A stretch of DNA of 64,000 nt from assembly GCF_006345805.1 (NCBI RefSeq), contig NC_042999.1, positions 18,414,001 to 18,478,000 on the forward strand, given 5' to 3'. The notes under the pieces are model-generated. The model was not told the DNA's origin. It saw only the letters and a program-made list of their open reading frames with translations, and did no database searches. This stretch comes from Octopus sinensis (Eukaryota). Within the stretch, counting starts at the first letter, position 1; every line of letters starts with the position of its first letter. The position numbers and the translations under genes are program-made. Shown here piece by piece: positions 55,865 through 64,000 of this stretch.

Positions 55865-56187
55865 AAGACTCCGCCGGTTACGACGACGAGGGTCCCAGGT
55901 GATACGATCAACGGAACAGCTTGCTCGTGAAATTAACGTGCAAATGGCTGAGCATTCCACAGACACGTGTACCCTTAACGTAGTTCCCGGGGATAATCAG
56001 CGTGACACAGAGAGTGACAAGGCTGACCCTTTGAAATACAACTACAACTCATTTTTGCCAGCTGAGTGGACTGGAGCAACGTGAACTAAAGTGTCTTGCT
56101 CAAGGACACAACGCGTCGCCGGGATCGAACTCACAACCTTACGATCATGAGCCGAATGCCCTAACCACTAAGCCACGCGCCCTCACC
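55865..56187 (-). mobile_element. SINE family B with 13-bp TSD
   Basis: TSD cagtgaagtatta at 55852-55864 and 56188-56200. Confidence 0.92.
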
Positions 56188-56454
56188 CAGTGAAGTATTA
56201 GTAATAATATAATTACGACGGAATTTGAACACAGAACATAAAAATTTAGACCAAGTAGCGCTTAACATTTTGGCCGACGCTCTATTAGTAGTATTAGAGC
56301 TTCGTTAAATATATTTCAAACTCATCGCTGTAAGTTATAGAAAAATTGAAACTGTGGCTAATAATACTAATTACGTATTGCGATTTTCAACAACTAGCAT
56401 TCATTACTAATAACACTTCTGAAGCAGCCTTACATTTTCCCCAAATATTTGTTA

Positions 56455-56650
56455 CAGAGATGCACTTGCATAGCAAGTGACCTGATCTATGATCGTGTGC
56501 TGGAACGAAAACAATTGCAGCGTGGAAGGTGTTTATAAGCCATTAAAGAAAGACACGAAAAACATAGATTCACTTCAACATTTAAATTTAATTTGCCAAA
56601 ATATTTTCGTCGCTTTGAGACCGCGACCTGTTCACTGCTAAAATTCCGTG
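56455..56650 (-). mobile_element. pLTR-like element with an HHR-like three-way junction (GUGAACA core)
   Basis: Reverse complement uuuagca GUGAACA G GUCGC..GCGAC GAAAAUAUUU uggcaaa; related to 52547-52765. Confidence 0.6.
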
Positions 56651-58270
56651 CCGAGAATTTCGAATTAAATAATGGTCAGCAGCAAGCATTACAATAGAAT
56701 TGCCCCTTGGGTTGCTCATTCACACAACTAACTATTTAACATGTTTTAAATTTAAACTTTTTATTATGTCTTTCCGTTATCTATTCATATATGTACTGGC
56801 ATTTATATTTTTACAAGGCCAGCAACTTCGGAGAAGGGGTTCAGTTGATTACATCGAATCTCGTGTTCAGCTAGTTCTTATCAACTTTCGAAAATAATGC
56901 AAGGCAAAGCTAACCCCGGCAGAGTTAACATCTCTGTTTAATTAAAAATGGGTATAGAATGTCGCTATAATATTCACAGCAAACTACTTAAGCAATATGT
57001 GGAAGAGATTTAATAGCTTCAATACGAAAATGAGGCATCACTTTCTTTCGGTTACTTTCTTGTTTTAGATTTCATTATTCAAAAATATATAAAAAATATA
57101 TGAGATCGTATGAACTTCAATTTTGAGACCTAATAACCTTTTTTTCTTTATCTGCACATCGAAAAATGAGTGTGGAATCAAGTTACTTTTCAGTTTATAT
57201 GTACTTGATAATACTCAGTCTCCAAATGTTTTCAGGTACTCTCGTATTGAACTCGGTCTTTATACAAAAAAGCAATTTACACTAAAACCAGGCACTAAGA
57301 TTTACCGAAAAATATTTATTTCGTTTCTTATATTTTCATTTAATTTGTTATGTCTTGGGACTTATTTATTATTTGCTTTTCATGTACGTGCCTTTATGGT
57401 TATTCTTCAATTCTTCAGCATTAAGGCAATATTCCATAAGAAACTAATTATAAAACATTGAAGCTTATTGTTGTTCATACTATGCCTTAGCAATAAAATG
57501 CACTCGTTTCATTTATATAATTAAAAGTTAATATTTTTTGTGAATGGAAAAATAAACGGTACAGAGTACGTTTAATATATTCACATCCAATGTATACAAG
57601 TGCTTTTTCGAGAACTCGCCAGAAATATTGTCGTGTCAGTGCTTCATAAAAAATGCAATAAAAATTTATTCAAATATGTATATTAGGAGTCAAACATGAA
57701 GATTACATTTTTTCTTATTTTTTAACTATCATTAATGTGCATTCCAAAAAGTTCAGTCATAGAAAATTGTCGAAAAGACTTAAGGAACTTGATGAGTGAC
57801 ATACCATTTCCTGGTTTTCTACTTTAAAATTTTAAGATGAATATAATGAAAGCAGTTTATTGCGATGCCTTTAAAATCATTCATTGTTTGATGTATGTAC
57901 TTGTCATTTCATGTCATTTCTTTGTTGTATCATAAAATCCTTTCTTAAACAACACGACAGGTCTGCCACGTTGACTTGCCGAACAATCAGCCCTGACAAA
58001 TTATAAGTAAGACAAGTTTTAAATCTGTCGAAACAATAAGCTAAGCCTGTTATATGTTCAAATGTATATTATACATATATTTAAACAAAAATGGTACTTC
58101 ACATGTAGAGAAAATAATCTGCAGCAGCTGAATGTAAGGTCTGATATATGCAGAAATACACCTACGGTAAAAGCGATGACTTTAATATCGAGCATCGACA
58201 AGGTATCGATAAAAACAACACATGCAACAATATACAAATATTCGCGCAAATATGTATGTATATATATATA

Positions 58271-58303
<33 letters not shown>

Positions 58304-58521
58304 CTAATGTAGGATAAAATTCTTTTCGGGAAAAAAATTTTATCAATGGCCAGCATATCAAAAAATACCTTTAAAGGTTACATTTATAAATACTTTACAA
58401 GATAAGGGCAAACGAAAAATTCTAATGCCAAATATGCCGAAAAAAAGACAAAACTTTTCAATAACCATTATAATTTATGCGTCTCGAAACAAACCGATAG
58501 AAATCTCTAAAAAGTCCGTTA

Positions 58522-58582
58522 TTACCGTATTGGTTCAATTTCGGGGTTAATTAATAATAAATGTTCCCCTCTTCAGCGGCAA
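58522..58582 (-). ncRNA. Type I hammerhead ribozyme with canonical core
   Basis: UUGCCG CUGAAGA GGGG..CCCC GAAA UUG aac CAAU A CGGUAA: all three stems pair, AUA cleavage triplet. Confidence 0.85.
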
Positions 58583-58643
58583 ATACGCGAGATATAAGTG
58601 AAATACTTACTCATACCCACGGAAAACGCAAGCACTAAGTCTT

Positions 58644-58704
58644 TTGCCGTTGAAGAGGGGAAAATTTCATATTAATTAACCCCGAAATTGGACCAATACG
58701 GTAA
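58644..58704 (+). ncRNA. Hammerhead ribozyme copy with a C3U core change
   Basis: UUGCCG UUGAAGA GGGG..CCCC GAAAUUGGACCAAUA CGGUAA. Confidence 0.7.
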
Positions 58705-58826
58705 TAACGAACTTTTTAGAGATTTCTATCGGTTTTTTTCGAGACGCATAAATTATAATGGTTATTGAAAAGTTTTGTCTTTTTTCGGCATTTTTGGCAT
58801 TAGAATTTTTCTTTTTCCTTATCTTG

Positions 58827-58892
<66 letters not shown>

Positions 58893-58940
58893 CAGAGATA
58901 GATAGATAGACATACATACATACATACATACATACATACA

Positions 58941-58976
<36 letters not shown>

Positions 58977-60891
58977 TATGCATACATATATAATTATATA
59001 TATATGTTTATATATATATATATAATATATAGGTGGTGTGTGTGTGTGTGTGTGCGTGTGTATATAGGGGGGTGTCTGTGCTTAGTTTTTCGAACAAGAC
59101 ATCTCTACTGGATTCCGGGCATTTATTTGCCTGTAGTTGTGCAAAGTGTCTCAATTAACTGTGAGAATTGTGTTGTTTTTGGATTGCATCTCGCCTCCAA
59201 AAATAGTCGGATTTTTTCACCATTTTTTGTGAAATTTGTGGAAGCTCTGTTCCGGTTGCTGTGTCCCTGTTGCTATTTGGAATACCAGTTGGCCTGGAGT
59301 ACGTAGTGATCGGAAAATTTGTGTCAAACGTTAACCGTTTTACTCAGAGTTTCTCAAAATTTTTTTAATCCCAACAGTTCAGTATTTTCATTCCAAATAG
59401 ATAAACTTTAACCAAAGACGGAGAAGAGAAACATTGTCAAATAGAATTATTTAATTATTATAATTTAAAATTGATGAAATGCTACTTCATCATACTCATC
59501 ATTATTTACATCAAAAACCCAGAAAATCTATTTTGTTAAATGTTATCTATTTGGAATAAGCCAACTTAAGCGTTGAGATTAACAAATTTCTGAAGACCTA
59601 GCTTTCAATAAAATGGCAAACGATAGGAGTAATCCCTTATTACTTACCACTGTAGAAATTTCTCGTTGTTCAACGAGCTCTTAAAACGATTTACCAGCGT
59701 ATGGAGAAGATGAAAATTGTCAGATAGAGATGTCTAATTATTATAAATTAAAATTCAGGAAATGCTACTTAACTATACCCCTTATTATCTTTTTTCTCTC
59801 TCTTCTCTTCACACGTGACCGCCGGTCAACTAGCCTTTCGGCTTCTGAGCACCGCCACGACAACCTCGATTTCTTCGTATGCCGTAGGGCATTATTTTCA
59901 AAATACGCCAGCTAAGCTAAGTTGAACTGTCTAAAGTCGTAAGACACCTGTTGTTGTTGTTTTTGTCCGATTATTATTATTATTTTTTTTTTATTTATAT
60001 TCGTGTGTCATCGTCCGTTTTTCTGTCCTTGTTTCGTATACATTCGATTCTTTTTCCAAGAAATCTAATGCTCGTAGCTCAGTTTTTCCTTGGGGCTGGC
60101 CGGATCGGAGCGATCTCAAGATTAATCAGCCGAAATTGCGAGGATGATCCGGTTCTTGACTGAAGATTAGAGGCTTCGAATGACCCGTCCGTTTTTCGTG
60201 TCGTCTATTTGAATGTTTTGCATTGTTGTCCCATTTTGTATTTTTATATATAATTTTTATACATATATATATATATTTATATATATATATATATCCACGT
60301 AGGTTCGTAAATAATTTGGTAGGCAACAGCATTTCAGAGTGATAAAAACTGGAATTGTATGTTTGCGACTTCTTATCAAAGTAGTCGATGGAATATAAAA
60401 TGACCTAAGGACAATAAAAAACATAACAGAACATCATTGCTATAAAACCTTTTCTGAGATATCAAGTTAACAAGTCAAAAATGTATTATATCACCGAAAA
60501 AGCAAAAACAAAAACAATCTTGCTTGCTTCTTTAGTTTTCTTTTTATTTCTTCTATTCGCCTTCTTGGTTGTTTAATTCAACCCAGTGGTTACCATTACA
60601 TTATTTTGTTTTCTGTGTAATATGCAAATGTAATCATGCTAGATATACGTATGAATTATTGATAATTCAGATTTTTAGCCAAATGAATTGTAGTCATAAA
60701 TTTTATAAGTAAAATTCTGTATTTCGTTACAGTGACACCACACGGATCAACAGTTGCATACGTTATTACATTTTATAGAAATATTTAAGAGATTTAATTC
60801 AGACGCATCAATTGTAAATGGATGTAATAAAAATACCTACTCTCCACCATTCCTGTGTATGTATGTGTTTGTGAGTGTGTGTGTGTGTGTA

Positions 60892-60963
<72 letters not shown>

Positions 60964-61528
60964 TGTGTGTATGAGTGATTACTGGGGATCCGTAAAGGAT
61001 AGAGATATATCAGATCGAAATGAAATATGTCACAATTACTGACCAGACAGAATGTGGCAAATCAAACGGTTACGTAATCCATTAGAAGAGGACAGAATAC
61101 ATCGGTAAGTGGAAGTACACTGTTGTTTGGTAATCCAGAACTCCGATACTCTTCAAGAACATCCTCTGAAGAATGTAAATATTAAGCGCAGATTAGAATC
61201 AAATAAAAACGAATGAATGATTTATCTGGTACTGCGTCAATTGTCTTAAGAATTTTTATAGTAACATAAACTTGATATAGTGAAGTAAGCACAAAATATA
61301 GAAGATCACGTAATATGTAAAGCAGCTCTCAACTCCTCAGCGGTAGCACCTAAATAAATGAGCATGGTATGTTCATTAATCACTAGATCATCAAAAACTG
61401 AAATTTGCTATCACAATTACCAATGTTTAAGAAATTCAAATGGTGTGGAACTGTAATCTGTCAATCAGGATGTTATGTGACAGAATGAGCTTCTAAATTA
61501 AAGAATATTTAAAAGTATAACTATTCGA

Positions 61529-61797
61529 AGTGGAGGCACATGGCCTAGTGGTTATATCACGGGTTCGAATCTCAGACCGGGCGATGTGTTGTGTTTATGA
61601 GCTCCACGCGGCTCCAGCAGAAGGTAATGGCAACTTCTGCTGGCTCTTTCGCCACAAACTTTCTCCCACTCTCCCCTTCTGCATGTTGCAGCTCACCTGC
61701 AACGGACCGGGCTCCCGTCCAGGTAGGGAACCTATACGCCAAGGAAACCGGGAAACCGGCCCTTATGAGCCAGGCATGGTTCGAGAAGGAACAAACT
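61529..61797 (+). mobile_element. SINE family C with partly deleted head
   Basis: Matches 5424-5727. Confidence 0.88.
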
Positions 61798-62909
61798 ATA
61801 ACTAATCAAAAGGTCTCGTGCAACCTAGCGGCCTCGCTCATAAATGTTGGTAATGGCAAAACATGCTTGTATAGCGGCTAATTTCAGGCGCCATGTTTTA
61901 CATTTGAGCCTATCAAAACATATCCTAACACAGCTGCCGACGATGGACTTAAACAAACTTTTACTGTGTCACATTGTTTGTGCATTAGGAGTGACATTGT
62001 TAATAAATTCAATCGCTAATTATTCATTTACTAAATTCATCTTGATTGAAGTGTTCTGATTAATTATTGCAAAACTAATAGAATATTAACTTTAATTAAC
62101 GTAGATCAAGTTAACTATGACTCAGGTAAAGTAACTTAAGGAAAACGACAGCGATAGTCTCCGCGTAATTTCAAAAGAAGAAAGAGGGGGACAAAGAATA
62201 AGGAAAACGAATAATTGATAGATATATTCATGATCATATTGCCGGCAATCATAACCCAAAAATATTTAATAGAATTAGAATAGGTTAAATGAAATAGAGA
62301 ATGGGAGACGATATTGGTATAAGCAAATAAAAGTGCATGCAAGATTAATGTGGCCTAAGAAAATAAAATGCATACAAATCAATGAAAGCAGTTAAGGTAA
62401 TAATCTGTCATCGTAAATTTAGAAATTTAAAATTGTTAAAATTACTAGGACAGTATCCCGTCGTTGCCGGAAAAATATCACTATAGAATTCCTTTATAAT
62501 TTGTTTTCTGTATTTTTTTTTGTTTTGTTTTTTTCGTTTCACGCCAGACTATGACTTTGCCAACAGTTAAGTACTCTTGATCAGATAAGATTTTCTGTGT
62601 ATTTTGGAGCAATTTATAATTTATAGACAAAATAATTTTTTGTGTTCCATTTGGTGCATAGATGTAAGGATTATTCTCAGCTCATGCTGGTGATTTTTAA
62701 AGATCTTTCGACTCTGTCACTCTAATCAAATTCCTTACATATGCACTGACACAAACACCCACATGCATCCGCATTCAAACAAACACACACATATTCAGCA
62801 CGAGCGATATACATGAACGGAGAGTAGGAGAGTATCTGGTATACATAAAGAGAGGTGGAAGTTTACCATAAAAAAGCGTAAATGAGATAGACAAATCAAA
62901 AAGATGAGA

Positions 62910-62952
62910 GAAAGAAAGAAAGAGAGAGAGAAACAAAGAAAGAAAGAAAGAT

Positions 62953-63007
<55 letters not shown>

Positions 63008-63052
63008 AAGAAAGACAGAAAGAAAGATAGAAAGAAAGAAATAAAGAAAGAT

Positions 63053-63087
<35 letters not shown>

Positions 63088-63235
63088 AGGAAAGAAAGGA
63101 AGAAAGAAAAAAGAAAGAAAAAAAGAAAGATAGAAAGAAAGAAAGAAAGAAAGATAAAAAGAAAGAAAGAAAGAAGAAAGAAAGAAGAAAGAAAGGAAGA
63201 AAGAAAAAAAAGAAAAAAAGAAAGAAAGAAAGGGG
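62910..63235. repeat. (AAAG)n polypurine microsatellite
   Basis: Direct reading. Confidence 0.95.
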
Positions 63236-64000
63236 AGAGATAAAAAGATCTTTTGTCTTGCTTATACAGATTCAGAATTTTCTAAATTTTGTAAACTGAT
63301 GCACTTTTCATGCTAAATCAGATTTTCGGATTCATTTACAGTGACAAATATTAGGAAAGGTTTAAAATTTGATTATTCTTACTTAATCAGTAAATATCAT
63401 TTGGAAGCTAGCATTTTGTGCGTGATAGCTGTTTATCAGAAAATGACAGTAAATATTACATCAGCGAGGTTTAAAACAGCACGAAGGCAATTGCATGTCA
63501 TATCAAGACTGAGAGAAAGAGAGAGAGAGAGTGGGAGAGAGAGAGAGACGCATGCCTCAGAGATACACGCATACAGATAGAATGTGATGAATAGCGTGGT
63601 AAATATATATAGTGAGGAGAAAGGCATAAGAGAGAGCCTGATGAAGACGGATTGAAAATGGGGGATCTAAATGTTGAATAATTTTTCGTTGCAAATTAAA
63701 TAATTTGTCGGTAGTGTGCAACTATCGAAAATCAAATCCGTTTTTCCCGAGACTTTCCGTGACATATTCACACACATAACACACACGCGCTCTCATTAAT
63801 ATAACAGATGCTTGTTAAATAGCGATATTTATAGAGATCAATTATTTATCTGCAATGAAGCTACGCGTTGAAAGGCCACGTTTAGTTAACAAAAAAATTG
63901 ATGTAGTATACTCGTAAAAAAAAAAAATGAAAATATAAAATATGGAGAAAAACTGCTTTTGAAAACTAGTATTGTCACAGTGTCATTGAAGATAAAGTAA

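Larger units (their letters stand above)
58302..58829. mobile_element. Head-to-head pair of HHR-bearing pLTR elements (58302-58620 minus; 58644-58829 plus) between (TA)n
   Basis: 58395-58582 is the reverse complement of 58644-58829; third copy at 24040-24345. Confidence 0.88.

Overview
AT-rich, microsatellite-dense eukaryotic non-coding DNA. The SINE repertoire and (TA)n/(GATA)n/(CATA)n density suggest an octopod/coleoid cephalopod, which is an inference. I see no convincing host exon, and most listed ORFs are microsatellite artefacts. The dominant feature is a young Penelope-like retroelement (RT + GIY-YIG, Naiad-like) present as a ~4.1 kb head-to-head palindrome (8766-12840) in (TA)n, with a hammerhead-ribozyme (HHR) motif near each outer end. 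At least six further small insertions from apparently unrelated families share this 'tails-out' architecture: two inverted 3' ends, with one arm carrying an extra ~55-150 nt tail. About a dozen HHR-like motifs with different core variants (CUGAAGA, CCGANGA, CUGUUGA, and a G3-C8 swapped GUGAACA) are scattered through the window. Also present: a second Penelope-like relic with a ~2.7 kb CA-rich 3' region, modular tRNA-derived SINE families, R4/Dong-like fragments in (TAA)n, CR1, RTE, Tc1, pogo/Tigger and Chapaev-like relics, a non-autonomous Helitron and MITEs. All alignments and folds were done by eye, so coordinates may be off by a few bases.
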